Source of the DNA: Octopus sinensis
Taxonomy: Eukaryota
NCBI RefSeq assembly: GCF_006345805.1
Contig: NC_042997.1
Coordinates: 91,202,001 to 91,266,000, forward strand
Length of the DNA: 64,000 nucleotides
Reading direction: 5' to 3'
Each line of letters opens with the position of its first letter. The stretch's first letter is position 1. The position numbers and the translations under genes are program-made. The notes below the pieces were generated by a model. The model saw only the letters and a list, made by a program, of their open reading frames with translations. It did no database searches and was not told the origin of the DNA. This document shows positions 25,401-39,035 of this stretch, in pieces.

Positions 25401-26226
25401 AGAAGTTATCAACTAGATGATCTTCCTGACTAAGCACCAGATGAGAAATGTTATTGAAATTTTATTTATAGTCGTAGTATTATTAGTGGGGATGGTAGTA
25501 GTTGTAGTTACAAGACTGAAATTCTGTTATCATTTACATTGAAAAAAATTAATTAGAAAATAAATAATTTTTTACTATTTGAATTAAAATTCATTTTGTT
25601 ATTTGAAATAAAATTCAAAATTATTTTTTAAATATTTCTCCTGATTGCATATTTAAAATAACAATGAGCAATCTTCTCATTAAGCCATCATGTATGGAAT
25701 TTCAGTTGAGTCATAATTTTATGTTGGCAGACACGTGTGTATGTATGTTGATTGGAGGAATAATTTTAATTAACATGTAAGAGATGGATTGAAAGATATA
25801 TATAGATACATTAAAAGATAGCCAGATATTTCAGTTTTCATTAAACTGGTTGTAATTGTTTCCTAGACGATTAACTGTCTATGTATTCTGCCATTTTGAA
25901 TGATTTGTAATACTAATTATGTAAAAGATAATGAAAGGAATTTGACTTTCAACTTTATCGTACTATATGGTTTCAATGCTATTTTATCCAATACTTAATG
26001 CTGTGTGATATAACAACCACTTTGGATACAAGCGCATGCAACTTGGAATTTTGTATTATAACACAACATGGGTTCCATACTTTATTACATCTACATGTTC
26101 CGTTAGTCGGCAAAAATACAGCACTGAATGTAATAATTTGAGAAGCAACGAAAGGGATTTACATATATTTCCCCCTCCTTAAGACGAAACCATTCCAAAG
26201 TCTTTAATATAAAGGATGATCTAGAT

Positions 26227-26460
26227 CAGTGTTTCCCAACCTTTTTTCCCGGCGCCCCACTTTTTCATAGCAAAAGTTTTTACGCCCCACCTTTTCCCAT
26301 GTCCACTCACATTTACAAGTACATGTAAATCTAAGGTTGTGCCCGCGATGACCGCTCGTCATGTACAAATATTTTCACAGCCCACGTCTATGCCCCGCGC
26401 CCCACCTGAATTTTCTCAGGCCCCACCAGTGGGGCGTACGCCCCACCTTGGGAATCACTG
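26227..26460. mobile_element. hAT (Charlie-type) MITE, young
   Basis: Perfect TSD ATCTAGAT at 26219-26226 and 26461-26468; TIRs CAGTGTTTCCCAA / TTGGGAATCACTG; internal gccccac repeats. Confidence 0.92.
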
Positions 26461-27429
26461 ATCTAGATAATTCATGGACAAAAATGAACTAGTAGTTACG
26501 TCTTTGTAGCTATAAAAATTAAAAATTATAAAATGACTGCCAATTTTTCGTTTTTCGGATCCGGTGAAAGTATTTAGATTGTCAAACGTCCAGTGAATTT
26601 TTCTGGGCGAAGTGAAAGTGTTATTTAATTATTTATTTATTACAAATTATAAATTAATATAATTTAAATAATTATTCAAATCCATCATTAGTGTATCTTC
26701 AGTTAGCTTCGTATACTCACGACAAATAGGACGAATATCAAATACTTTGATTTAGGAATAGAATATGAAACTTAGAAACGAAAGTTTTCAATTATGAAAG
26801 TACAATAAATAGAGAACAATGGTGCCAAAGAAATTCTGTAAAGCATCCGATATGATGTTTCAATTATTTCAGTAAGTTCCACCAAATATTTTGTGTTCAC
26901 ATTCATAATGAGAGTGAGCAAAGCATATTTCTTAACTTCCAAAGTGTGATTAATAGTAAAAGCTCGAGTGATTAATAATGAAATGAGATACAATTATTTT
27001 TCTAATTTATGGCCTTCATCACATTTGACTTTGTCTAGTTCTTTTTGAGGATATGAAGCTAAGTGAAGCTTTTCTAATAATCGATTTGCATGATTGTTTA
27101 AAGAGATGAGAACGGCTTATCATTTGTATTAAATACAATTTTCCCTTTCCAGCTAGGAAACGCATTTTCTTTTTGTTCAGAAAACATCGTTTTTCATGGG
27201 ATCACAGAACCCAAAAAGTGCCCAAAGGCAAATAGGGTACGCGTCTTAAAATTAGACGTAGAATCAGAAAAGAAAACCTGGAAAATAGTATGTAGTTCGG
27301 ATATTTCTCCGATTATATTGGCATTGTTCAATTTCGAGTAGAATTGTTTTGTTATGCCAGCATGGAAAACAGATGTTAAATAACAATAATTATACACACA
27401 CACACACACACATCACCACCGCACCTTCA

Positions 27430-27680
27430 TTTTCATCATCATCATTATCATACGTCCGTTTTCCATGCTGGCATGGGTTGGACGGTTTGACAGGAGCTGG
27501 CAAGTCAGAAGACTGCTCCAAGCTCTACTGTCTGATTTGCATGCTTTCTACAGCTGGATGCCCTTCCTAATGCCAACTATTTTACAGAGTGTACTGGGTG
27601 CTTTTTTTACTTGTTAGCAGCAACAGCAGTGGTGAGGTCATCAAATAACTTGCTAGACAAGACTACTCAACTGAGGTGAG
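27430..27680 (-). mobile_element. RTE-tail SINE fragment
   Basis: catcatcat...ccgttttccatgctggcatgggttggacgg...ggatgcccttcctaatgcc. Confidence 0.8.
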
Positions 27681-28164
27681 TAGTATTTAGGAAGGTGATT
27701 TTATGACAGGGGAGGAGAAGTTAGAGTATGAATAGGATAGAAATAGGTGACTTGCTATGAAGGAGATACATGGTTACCTCAGTAGGGGAGAGAGATAAAA
27801 GGTAGAGTAGATGGTGACTATGGGGTACACACAAATTCACAAATTATAAGGTGCATATAAGTGAAGTGGAACCAGGATTGGATAGGGTGAGGAGGTGGGT
27901 AAATTTGTGAGATCGCAGGACAGTGAAAGGTGAAGTGGGGAATGTAGTGAGTGGATACAAATAGAAGGGAGGAGGTGTTGGTTGGATATGTTGTGATTCA
28001 GCTAGGACACATTGTGTATACATAGGTTTGTGAGGGTGCAAAGGGGGAATTGGAGATATAGAGAAGGGGAATACAGTGAGTGGCAAATTTAGGTGGGGGG
28101 GATGGGAGAAGTGTTAGGAAGATGGTTGTTGGGGAGAGGTTTGGCAGGGATGTGGATATAAAAC

Positions 28165-29290
28165 AACATGCCTTTATGATCTTGATTTTAGTTAGCTGGA
28201 CAGTTCCTCTCAAGCACAGCAAATTACTAATCATCTTGGTTCTTTGTCATCTGCTCTTTGAGACTCAGTATCTGAAGATCATTTTCCACAACTTCATCCC
28301 ATGTCTTCTTGGATCTTACTCTTCCATAAGTTCCATATTTAGTGATCAGTACTTCTTTATGCAGCTGTCTTCATACAGATGCATCATGTGACCATAACAA
28401 CACAGTTTTCTCTTTTGCACACTACATCTTATGCCTCTTATACCCAATTTTTGCTCTCAACACATTTACACTTTTTTCAAGCATGTACGCTAACAATACA
28501 CATCCAGCGGAGCATTCTGGTTTCATTTCTCTCAACCCTTTACATGTCTTCTGCAACCTCTACCCATGTTTCACTACTATGTAGCATAGTGTGCAATCTG
28601 CCTTTCACTCTAAGAGAGAAGCCCTTTGTTATCCACAAAGGTAATAGCTCTTTGGACATTGACCAGCTGGTTCTAATTCTAGCAACTACACTTTCAGAGC
28701 ATACTTCCCTACTGTTAATTTGGTTACCTAGGTAATGGAAACTATCTACTACCTCTAAGGATGCCACCTGGACATTGGAGGAAATCTATTTCCTGTGTGT
28801 TCTTAGTGTTTGTTGTTCCTACACATCTGCCACTCACAAAGTCTATTACCTGTTAACCTTCTTGTGATTCCACTGCACTACTTATGAATTCATAGCTTGC
28901 ACTGTCACTGTATGCTATTTCTAACTACACCTTTTCTACATATTGAGCAGGGCCACTTTCTTGAAGGGATTTTTAATTTGTCTACTTTCCTGCTTACTAG
29001 TACTTTGGTCTTTGCTAAATTAATTCTAAGGCCTTTTGATTTCAGACTTTTCTTGCACACTTAAAATTTCTTGTCTAATTCTACTATAGATTTGGTTGTA
29101 AGAACAAGGTCATCAGCATAGAGAAGCTTCCATGGGCAACCAATTTTAAATTCCTGTTAAGGTCTGAAGAACTATGGTAAACAAAAGGTGGCTAAGAACT
29201 GAATGTTAATGAACTCCTGCTTGCACATCACTTTATTGGAAGATCCCTGTACATGGCTTGGACAGCTCTCACCAGCCATTCATCTCTGAG
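28165..29290 (-). mobile_element. Degraded RTE LINE
   Basis: ORF 28540-28767 (LEVVDSFHYLG...KGFSLRVKGRL..MLHSSETW) is paralogous to 13613-14236. Confidence 0.88.
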
Positions 29291-29930
29291 GCATGTTTTA
29301 GTCATTAAAACTGCTTCAATCAATGTTTGGTTTTCACAAAATTGATAATTATTGATTTTTTCAAAGTCACCCGATTTTGATCAAACTTGACATACCTATG
29401 CATTCTTACCCAAGGTTTTTCATTTTGTTATTATTTTTTTCAAATTCCATTTTGTTTGAGCACAGCACGGGAAAAACCGATTCAAAAAATGCCTTTAATG
29501 CAGGCCATAGCACTAGAACCATTGAGCCGATTTAAACCAAACTCAGTAAACGAATGCACTTTCACCCAACGACTCTTATGCCATAGTTCGTTTCATTAAA
29601 TTGTGCTTTGTTTGAGCACAATTTGACAAACTCACATTTGAACAAAATGCCTTTGATGAAGTAGGTCCTGATTTGTTTTTCTCAGAACACTGACCCCTTT
29701 CCTTCTCTGATACATAAACAATTAATCTCCACCATGGTGTGCACACACATTGTGATCCCACGTGACCTCAAAATGGCCACTGCCAATAATAGTAAACATC
29801 CGGTACAGAGGCTTTCCATTGTAATAAATGAATGCGATTTCTATGTGTAGCATGAGATAGTTAAAGCAATAACAGCCTCTGCACTGCACAAGCTACTGGT
29901 AAGTACTTACTACTTCCTTCATCCATTTCA

Positions 29931-30350
29931 CTAGCAGTAGTAACTGGCGTTGCACGGGTCTTAATAAATTACCATGAAACTGTGAAAACATGAGACCTTA
30001 CGCTTGAGAAAAAGCAGTTTGGGGCGTGACATTGTTAAAGCAATAACCTTGGTAACCTCTTGAATCAGATCAATACTCAAGCTTCCTTTCAAAAAGTTAT
30101 ATTCTTGCGCTGTTTATGGTTTCCGTGTACAAGTGGTTTTGGGTGAAGCCGGGCCAAACCGCTGAACCACCAGACCGATTCGATTGAAATTTCAGATATG
30201 CATTAGGTATGTTCCGAGGCATGTTTTAGTCATAACAATTGCTTCGCTCAATGTTAGGTTTTCACAAAGACTTGATCGATAATTATCGATTTTTACAAAA
30301 AGTCGTCTGATTTCAACCAAACTTGGTATACATTTGCAGTTTGACCCAAA
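29931..30350 (-). mobile_element. Helitron 3' terminal / subterminal segment
   Basis: CTAG|T on the minus strand at 29931; 30214-30330 resembles 29290-29400. Confidence 0.65.
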
Positions 30351-30379
30351 GAGTTTCATGGCATCATGATACTCAGTGG

Positions 30380-31300
30380 ATGACCGGAAGACTGAAACTG
30401 AACTACAGAAGCACAATGAATTGTTTCTAGGCCAGCATATGAAAGACCATCATGACCTCCTAGCGCAAGTCTTCCGGTTGAAGCTTATCAAACTAATGGA
30501 GCTTCTCCATGGGAGGGCAAATACTTGGCCCCGTTAGATGCGATATGTATACTGTTGAATGGCAAAAGAGAGGCCTACCACATGCTCATATTCTAATCTG
30601 GTTCTCGGTAAGAATACCTCCCAATGATATTAACAAGATTATCTCTGCCGAGATTTCAAACCCATCTACTGAGAGACATCTCTTTGAAATATTCAAGGCG
30701 ACCATGATACACTGGCCATGTGGGCACGGCACGGATTCAGTTTGGGCTTCCCTTGCTTGAGCAACAATATCTGCTGCAACAAGTTTCCAAAAAAATTTCT
30801 GAAGGAAATACAAACTGGCGTTGATGGACACCCTCTGTACAGACGGCGCCTACCATGAAAATTGGACAACATGAGGTTGACACAGATGGGTTGTACTGTA
30901 TTCACCGCTTCTTTTGAAGATGTTTGGCGCCCACATCAATGTGGAATTTTGCCATTCCATCAAGTCCATCAAGTATATCTGCAAATGTGTCAACAAGGGC
31001 TCAGACGCTGCTATGTTTGGTCTACCGCAGGAAAACTGCCGTGACAAGGTCTTACAATACCATGTTGGCCATTATATTAGCAGCAACAAGCCTTCTGGTA
31101 TATTTTCAGCTTTCCAATATACCAAAGGCACCCACCCATTGAGCAATTTGCAGTTCACCTGGAGAACAGTCAAAGGGTGAATTTTACCAATGTGACTGCC
31201 GCCAGAACAGTTGAAGAGCCTCAACAAACTATTCTCACTACATTCTTTGCTCTGTGCTGGAATGGCCCATTTGCAAAAACTCTGCTTTATCCTCAGGTTC
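30380..31300 (+). mobile_element. Helitron Rep (HUH) domain remnant
   Basis: YTVEWQKRGLPHAHILIW (HUH motif 2); HINVEFCHSIKSIKYICKCVNKGSD (motif 3). Confidence 0.92.
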
Positions 31301-31307
31301 TGTCCTA

Positions 31308-31632
31308 CTACACAGTGTGTATATTTGCCTCAATGTAGTTTCGCATGAGTTTGTGCACAGTTAATCTTGTACCATTGCATAATTTTGGTTGAGACAAATT
31401 GTGTAATAGCATAATAGGAATCCATTTTTTCGGCTGAAGACCATGAGAAGCTGTACTTGGTGGTTCTAGTGAGTTCAAAAATTTGATGGGGTAGTTAACA
31501 ATATCATGACCATCAACAACCCTGTCAATTGAGTTATAAGTGAATACTTCTCTTGGTAGTTTATTCAATAGCATATTATTAATGCTATGTACAGCAACAT
31601 TATTTTGGAGTCAGAATAGCTTCTCACAGATC
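31308..31632 (-). mobile_element. Helitron Pif1-like helicase remnant
   Basis: FLNSLEPP...IPIMLLHNLSQPKLCNGTRLTVHKL. Confidence 0.88.
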
Positions 31633-34312
31633 CAATTTGCATTGTTGTAATTGTGAAGAAGTATCAAGATGGGCTACAAAGGATTGTTGGAGTTGAAAAC
31701 AGAGAGGTAGGAGTTGAAAGCAGGGAGACGAGTAGACAGGAGGAAGAGGGGAATGGTGATGGGGCTGTTAAGGATGAGGAACAGGAATGTTATACAGTGA
31801 ACCCTAATACTGTAGTAGGTGGACATGCAGGGGAAATAAACCAACTAGATAATGAATTGCTTGACATTCAAAGACGACTCACCAAATTGATGAATCCTCC
31901 AGAAGAAAAAATCCCCATTAATATGAGAAGGGTAGATAGGAGGTTGATAAAGTAACACAAAAGATAAATACTGTTATACCATACATCCAGATGGAAGACA
32001 TAACAGAAACAAGGAACTGTCACCGAGCTTTGTGCTACTTGTTGAGGAGAGATTACTACTTAAGAGAACAAGAAATGGTAGAGCAAAAGAACCATAGTGG
32101 AAACAACTCATTGGAAGGGACATAATGTGAGCAAGGCAAGATCTAGGAAAAATTGAGCAATGGTTAAGAGGAAACTGGAAAAATAGGAAAAAGACCGAGA
32201 AAAATTAGAGAAGAAATATAAAGTACAGAAGAATGGGTTTGATGCAGTAATAGAGCAGTTAAAAGAGAGGATTATGGCAAAAAGCCAGAAGATCAGAAGA
32301 TTTGAGAACAGAAATAAGCAGTTCGAGGAGAACAGATTGTTAAAAAATAACCTGAAGCAATTATTCCAAACGTTAGAAGGAGACAATGGGGAAAATGTTG
32401 CTCCTGATGTAAATCAAGCCAAGGAGTTCTGGAGCAGATTATAGGGAAATAATGTGGTGCATAAAAGGGATGCAATATGGATAGGAATTATCAAGACAGA
32501 ATTGCAAGAAGGAAAGAAACAAAGGAATATTGTCATAAGTGATGTGAAAGAACAAGTGGGTAAAGTGCCTAACTGGAAAGCCCCCCCCCCCCGACCAGAT
32601 AGGATTCATGGCTTCTGGCTGAAGAGGTGCCACATGGTACATGAAAGACTAGCCGCCCAATTGAATGAGTGTATCCAGAAAGGTACAGTTCCTGCATGGA
32701 TGGTGACCGGGAGGACAACACTTGTGATAAAAGATAGAAAAAAGGAGAATATTGTGGGAAACTACTGTCCCATAGCATACCTAAACATAATCCAGGAGAT
32801 ACTGGAATATTTGCAGCAAAGACATACACTTTCCTGGCAGAGGAAGAAATACTGCCAAGGGAGCAAAAAAGATGTAGGAAGAGTTCTCAGGGTACGAAGG
32901 ATCACTTGGTCATCGATAAAACAGTTTTGAGCATTGTAAAAAACATCATACAAACATGTCTATGGCTTGGATAAAGACATTGGATTGACTTTAAGAAGGC
33001 ATATGATATGGTGCCTCATTCTTGGATCATTGAATGCCTGCAGATGTTTGGTGTTGCTGACAACATCACAAATTTTCTGGTGCATAGCATGAAAGAGTGG
33101 AAAACCAAATTGTACTCAAGTAATGTTTTCCATGGAGAAGTTAATATTAATATCTTCCAAGGTGAATCGTTTTCACCCATTACTTTTTGCAATTGCACTA
33201 ATACCCATAACAATGGCATTTAAGAAAGTTAAGATGGGTTACTGATGTGGGAAGAAAGGCCCATCATTGAACTATCTTCTGTTTATGGATGACCTGAAAT
33301 TGTCTGGGAAATCTGAAAAACAGATAGATTCCTTAACCAAAACAGTTCAGAAGCGTGGTAGGGACATATGTATGGAATTTGGGATTATCAAATGCTTGGT
33401 ACTTAATATGGAAAGAAGAAAGAAAGCAGGCTGCAGGAGAGACCATGGGTGAATCCGATGGTAGTGAGTATAGATATTTAGGAATTTTGGAGCTGGATGA
33501 CATTCTACTCAGAGAAATGAAAGTCAAGGTCAGCGCGGCATGTCAAAAAAGGGTGAAGATGGTGTTGAAATCCAACCTGAATGCCAAACATTTGATAACC
33601 ACAATGAATATCTGGGCAGTTGCGGTGGTTAGATATAGTGCATCCATCCTCAAATGGAATAAGGAGGAAATATCAAAACTGGCTAGAAGGACAAGAAAGT
33701 TGATGAGGCTGCATGGGATGCTACATGCTAAAGCAAATGTAAACAGACTGTATATGAAAAGAAAGAAAGGTGTCAGAGGACTAATTAGTATACACCATTG
33801 TAGAGGGAGTGAAAGGAAAATGCTTGCTGAGTATTTGATAAATAGCGATGAAAACCTACTGCAATATGCCGTGAAAGATATGGGTGTAAATGCAGATGAA
33901 ATGATGGGCAAGGAAGAGTTTAACCAAAGAGCTGAGGAGAATGCATGGACAGTTTGAAAGGAATACACAAGATGTTAAGGATAATGCAGCATTGTGGACA
34001 TGGCTTGAGCAAGGTGATTTGAAGCGTACCACTGAAAGCCTGAAAGCCTGATCTTTGCTGCACATAAAGGTTATCGCTATTGTCATTGGAGTATTGAGTT
34101 CAATACCACCCAATCTGTAAAAACATCTGAAAACTTTAGAAATACCCTACAATCTAGGTGTATTGCAAAAGATGGCATTACTTGGAACTGCACACATATT
34201 GTGTAAAGTACTGTCTGTCTGAGGTCCTTGTGACTTGACAAGCAGTACAAATCCCCCGTTGACATAATATCTTCAATCAACAACCTCACGATATTGTATA
34301 CTGTGCAACGCC

Positions 34313-34313
<1 letters not shown>
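31633..34313 (+). mobile_element. R4/Dong-clade non-LTR retrotransposon, degraded, with (TAA)n tail
   Basis: PDRIHGFWLK, WMVTGRTTL, DFKKAYDMVPHSW, LLFMDDLKL, KRVKMVLKSNLNAKHLITTMNIWAVAVVRYSA, C-terminal LQKMALLGTAHIL; followed by (TAA)n. Confidence 0.9.
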
Positions 34314-34389
<76 letters not shown>

Positions 34390-34462
34390 CAACAACAACA
34401 ACAATAACAACAACAACAACAACAACGACGACAACAACAACAACGACGACAACAACAACAAC
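34313..34462. repeat. (TAA)n/(CAA)n compound microsatellite
   Basis: Seen directly in the sequence. Confidence 0.95.
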
Positions 34463-34549
34463 AGATGGAATGCCGTTCAGCCAGCTCAAAAAAAAAAAAA
34501 AGAGTACAAGCACAAACACAACTAGGTAGCCCAAAACCTCCACTGGCTA

Positions 34550-34800
34550 CTATGCTGTAAGTATGAATATGAGGTTACAGGTGCTTGTTCTCTCAAAAAT
34601 CTTTATGTCCATATATTGGAGCTCACTCAAATTCCAATTGATGACATTAAGGCTATATTGGACAACTGGTACCATCAAGGAGTTTATAGCTGCAATTCTG
34701 CTCTGGGAGTTCAGCTCAGTATTCAGGACCATTCTGATATGTCTTTAATATTCTTTCCTGATCTTCTCTTTCACTGACCTGTACTGAATTGCTTTCCCTT
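34550..34800 (-). mobile_element. Second R4-clade RT fragment
   Basis: KIRKEY*RHIRMVLNTELNSQSRIAAINSLMVPVVQYS. Confidence 0.75.
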
Positions 34801-35394
34801 CATTCACCCCAAGAGACTTATAAAACCCTTGTGTCATTATCAAGATGGGTCAAAGAGACATTTTTTATCTAAAGGGCTTTTCAGTTCTATATTTGCATGC
34901 TTAATATCTACTTCAAGATCCAGTTCCAAAAAAGAAGTATTGCATGTTCTCTCAAAAATTTTACCAATTCTTATGACATAAACATCATCATCATCATACA
35001 TACATACATACACACATACATACATACATACATACATACATACATACATACATACATACATACATACATACGCATATATGGATGGCTAATGAACAGAGAA
35101 AGTATAGAGTTGAGAGGTCCCTTTAGACCTGGTCTGCTGAGCACTCATCATGAGAAAATGCACCCATTACCCTCTGTAAGATGGTTGAAGATGAGGAGGA
35201 TGGTGGTAGCAATGGTCATGATGATGTTTTTAACAGTTTTATGAAAATCTCTACTGTACCACTAAGTGCACCTCTCTGTTTCTGTAATGTGTGCATCTTT
35301 GTCTTTTGGGGTTGTAGAATTGCATTTATATACTGCATCAGTTTTGCCTTGTAGGATATTTTGTGACTTTGCATGTTATTTTAGCATTTCATGT

Positions 35395-35540
35395 TGTTAG
35401 GAAGGGCATCCAGCTGTAGAAACACTGCCAGATCAGACTGGAGCCTGGTGCAGCCTCCTGGCTTCCCAGACCCCGGTTGAACCATCCAACCCAGGCTAGC
35501 ATGGAAAACGGACATTAAATGATGATGACGATGATGATGA
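35395..35540 (+). mobile_element. RTE 3' UTR fragment
   Basis: ttaggaagggcatccagctgtagaaac...ggaaaacggacattaaat followed by (gat)n. Confidence 0.85.
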
Positions 35541-35914
35541 ATACTGGTAATATGAGTTGTTGGTATTATAATGTGTCGTGTATTAATGAAGGCTATTTGT
35601 ATTATTGTGCTTAATTTCTGCTTCGAGTTGTGTTATAAGGTTTGGTGGTGATACTGTAAAAGCACTGATTCTCAACCTTTCTTCTATCCTTTACCCCTTC
35701 AACTTGATGTTTTTCTCCATTTCCTTTCTTCGGTGTAAAGTAAAACTCAAATTATAGTAAATATTGCAAGCTTCAAAATTTGTTGCATATTCTGTCATTC
35801 TGCTGCCATTATGCAATATATAAATCTGATGCATCTCAGCAAAAAGAATATGTGTACTGTATTTTCCAGCATATAAGTGAACTTAATATATAGTGTTAAT
35901 ATGTAAACATTTAA

Positions 35915-36135
35915 CCTTTTAGTATTCAAATTACTCTTACAAATGAAATGCTTATTTATTCACATTGTTTTGAATTAATCATGCATTATTTCATAGCTTT
36001 GAGATTTTGATGGGGCAACTGTCAATTTTTAGAGTGATATTGTAGGGTTGGTGTGGGAGGCCAGATCTGGTCAGTTTCAACATAAAACAAGGTAGAATAT
36101 TTTGGTCAGATATGGCTGGTTTAAATGCTAAAGGG
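35915..36135. mobile_element. piggyBac-type MITE
   Basis: TTAA-cctttt...ctaaaggg-TCAA; same family as 46858-47078. Confidence 0.75.
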
Positions 36136-36509
36136 TCAAAACATTGTCAATATCTTTCCAAATCTTGCTGCATTTCACATGTTATTTTAAATTCCCCAGT
36201 CTTGTCTTGGCGTATAAGTCTACTTACTTTTTCTTGGATTGGTTTTTCTTTTATATTTTTGTTCATCTTTATTTTATAATACTAAATGCACCAATTATTA
36301 TTGATACTGTTTCCACATTCTGCTCATTTCAATTTCAAAATCCTTTTGTTTGATAGGTTTTTCATTTTCTAGGTAATATTTTGGTTAGGAAGGATCAAGA
36401 TATAAATTAGGGTACAGAACATTTATGATAGTAAGACTGATAAATTTAAGCATCAAAAGGTTCTGGACTTGATAACAATAATAATATTGTTTGTGACATA
36501 CATTATTAA

Positions 36510-36729
36510 CCTTTTCGTTACTGTATTTATTTTGAGATGCTTTGTGTTTTTTTCAATTACTTTAAATATAACAAAGAATTAGTAAAATAACTTAGTTATC
36601 GTTAAGCTAGTGTTAGGAACATAAATTGTAACTAAGGTTTGGTGGAAGATTTTAATTCAAAACTTATGAAAACAAAACATTTGTACTACAGAACCAGAGA
36701 TGGTTTCAGCCAGGTTGGTAACAAAAGGG
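36510..36729. mobile_element. piggyBac-type MITE, second family
   Basis: TTAA-CCTTTTCGTTAC...GTAACAAAAGGG-TTAA. Confidence 0.8.
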
Positions 36730-37272
36730 TTAAGGCAACATCTTGCAGAATTGTTAGGGCATTAGGATAAAATGCTTAGTGACATTTCTTCTGACTTTTT
36801 ATGTTCTGTGTTCACATTTAGCTGGCAGTTTGAATAAAGATTCCTTATTAGTGATGGAAGCAGTATTAGCGAAATCAATGACGTTTCAATTACTGTTTAA
36901 CTATATCAGTTAGCAGCTGATTTTTGCATTGCATGTGGTGCCAGTTGATACTTGCTACTGATAAAGATCAAAGAAGTAGAAATATATATTTAGTAATGCC
37001 ATCATCACTCCTGGTCAATTTTTGTCAGCTGCTGATATATTTCTGTGTTTTTTAACACTATATGTTTATAAGAGATGCTTTTTAGAGATAAATGCCACAA
37101 TTTAGCAGGCTTTCAATAATATATCTACTTTAAGTATGATACACAGATTGATATTTTGAGTTTATTCTGCTTTCATCATTAATAAAAAATACATATATTT
37201 TCCTACCTACCTACCTATCTACCTGCCTGCCTGCTTGACTGCCTACTTACCTACCTACTTCCCTACATGCAT

Positions 37273-37335
<63 letters not shown>

Positions 37336-37344
37336 ATATATGTA

Positions 37345-37720
37345 TACCTACATACATCATCATCATCATAGTTTAACATCCACCTTCCATACTGGCATGA
37401 GTGGGACAGTTTGACAGGAGCTGGCCAAGCAAAAGCCTGCACCAGACTTCTGTGACTGTTTTGGCAGGATTTTTACAGCTGGATTCCTCTTCCAACACCA
37501 ACTACCCAGCAGAGTGAACTTAGTACTTTTTATGTGGCACAAGCACTGGCAAGGTCAGTTTTGGCAAGGTTTTAACAGCTGGATGCCCTTCCAAACACCA
37601 ATCACTTTACAGTGTGGACTGGATGCTTTTAAAGTGGGACCTGCACCAACAGGGTCACCAAGTAACCTGCAAGACAAAAATCTTTTGAGAGGGGAGGGGG
37701 AATTGGAAGAGGTCATCTTG
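37345..37720 (-). mobile_element. RTE-tail SINE with internally duplicated segment
   Basis: ggcaaggattttacagctggat..ccttcca.acacc appears twice; catcatcat tail. Confidence 0.7.
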
Positions 37721-37859
37721 TGTTAGATGATGAAAGGCTATAGTAAGACAGAGAAACAGAAACAGATGTCTTGCTGTAGAGGAGGCACAAGGTTACCCAG
37801 CTGGAGAGAGAGAGTGAGATCAGAAATGAGGACAGAAACAGGTGTGCTGCCACAAAGGA

Positions 37860-37937
<78 letters not shown>

Positions 37938-37972
37938 TATACATACATATATATACATATATAGACTCACAA

Positions 37973-38003
<31 letters not shown>

Positions 38004-38829
38004 CAAAGATATATATATATATATAAATACATATATATGTATATATGTTTGCATGCATGTATGTATGTATGTATGTATGTATGTATGTATGTATGTATGT
38101 ATGTATGTATGTATGTGCATATCTTTTGCTGTATATTGGTGAAGGATGTAAACATTGGTAAAAAGCCAATGTTCTTTGAATGAAGTCCACTGAGTTACAA
38201 ACATCCTGATTCCCTTGCCTCTCTTGCAAAGATAAATGCAATGAATCAGTAATTTGTCCATTCTAAACTTGTAAATAGCAAAGCTATTGTCTACAAAATA
38301 CATGATCTGAAATTAAATAAATAAATAACCTGATTCAGCACAAATAACCAACAACACTGTTGTTCTCAAACAATAAGAGAGAAATAGCTGGACCATCTCA
38401 ATCAGTTAACTGAATGTAACTTATCAGTCTGAAACAAGGAAATGATTCAATTTAGTTTCAGACTTTTTTTTTTTATTGGATCAGTCTGGAAGAAGAAGAT
38501 ATGCTCATGGTCTGTGTAGGCTCTACCAGATTGGTGAGTCTGAAGCAGTTAATGTTCCTGTTAAAGAATTGCAATTTGATGAGCTGCTATTAAAATATGA
38601 GCAAACCATTCTGGGGAGGAGGGACTAGATAAAATAGTTTGTAAGGGGCTGAGGAGTGGGAAATGGTCACAATATTGGTGAAGAGTGGGTGGTGGGAGAC
38701 AGTTGAGTGAGTAATGTCTGAATAGAGATTCCATGAGACTAGTCAGCTCTCAAGAGCAGAGGCATCTGTTGTGAAAAGTAAAAGTGATCCCCAAATGAGG
38801 AGAATGATCATAGCAACAACTGTATCACT

Positions 38830-39035
38830 TTAAAGTGGAAAGCTTGGCAGAATTGTTAGTATGCTGGATAAAGTGTTTTGTGGCATTTTCTATAACTCAA
38901 ATTCTTCCAAGGTCCACTTTGCCTTTCATCCTTTCAGGGTTGATAAAATGAATACCAGTTGAGTACTGAGGTTAATGTAATCAACTTACTCACCTCCCTG
39001 AAATTGCTAACCTTGTGTCAAAATTTGAAACCAAT
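38830..39035 (+). mobile_element. SINE
   Basis: gcttggcagaattgttag...ctttgcctttcatcctttcagggttgataaaat; similar to 410-545. Confidence 0.6.

Noticed and set aside
37713-38303. 196-aa and 167-aa ORFs, and similar [12 protein letters not shown] ORFs elsewhere
   Set aside because: Produced by stop-free microsatellites
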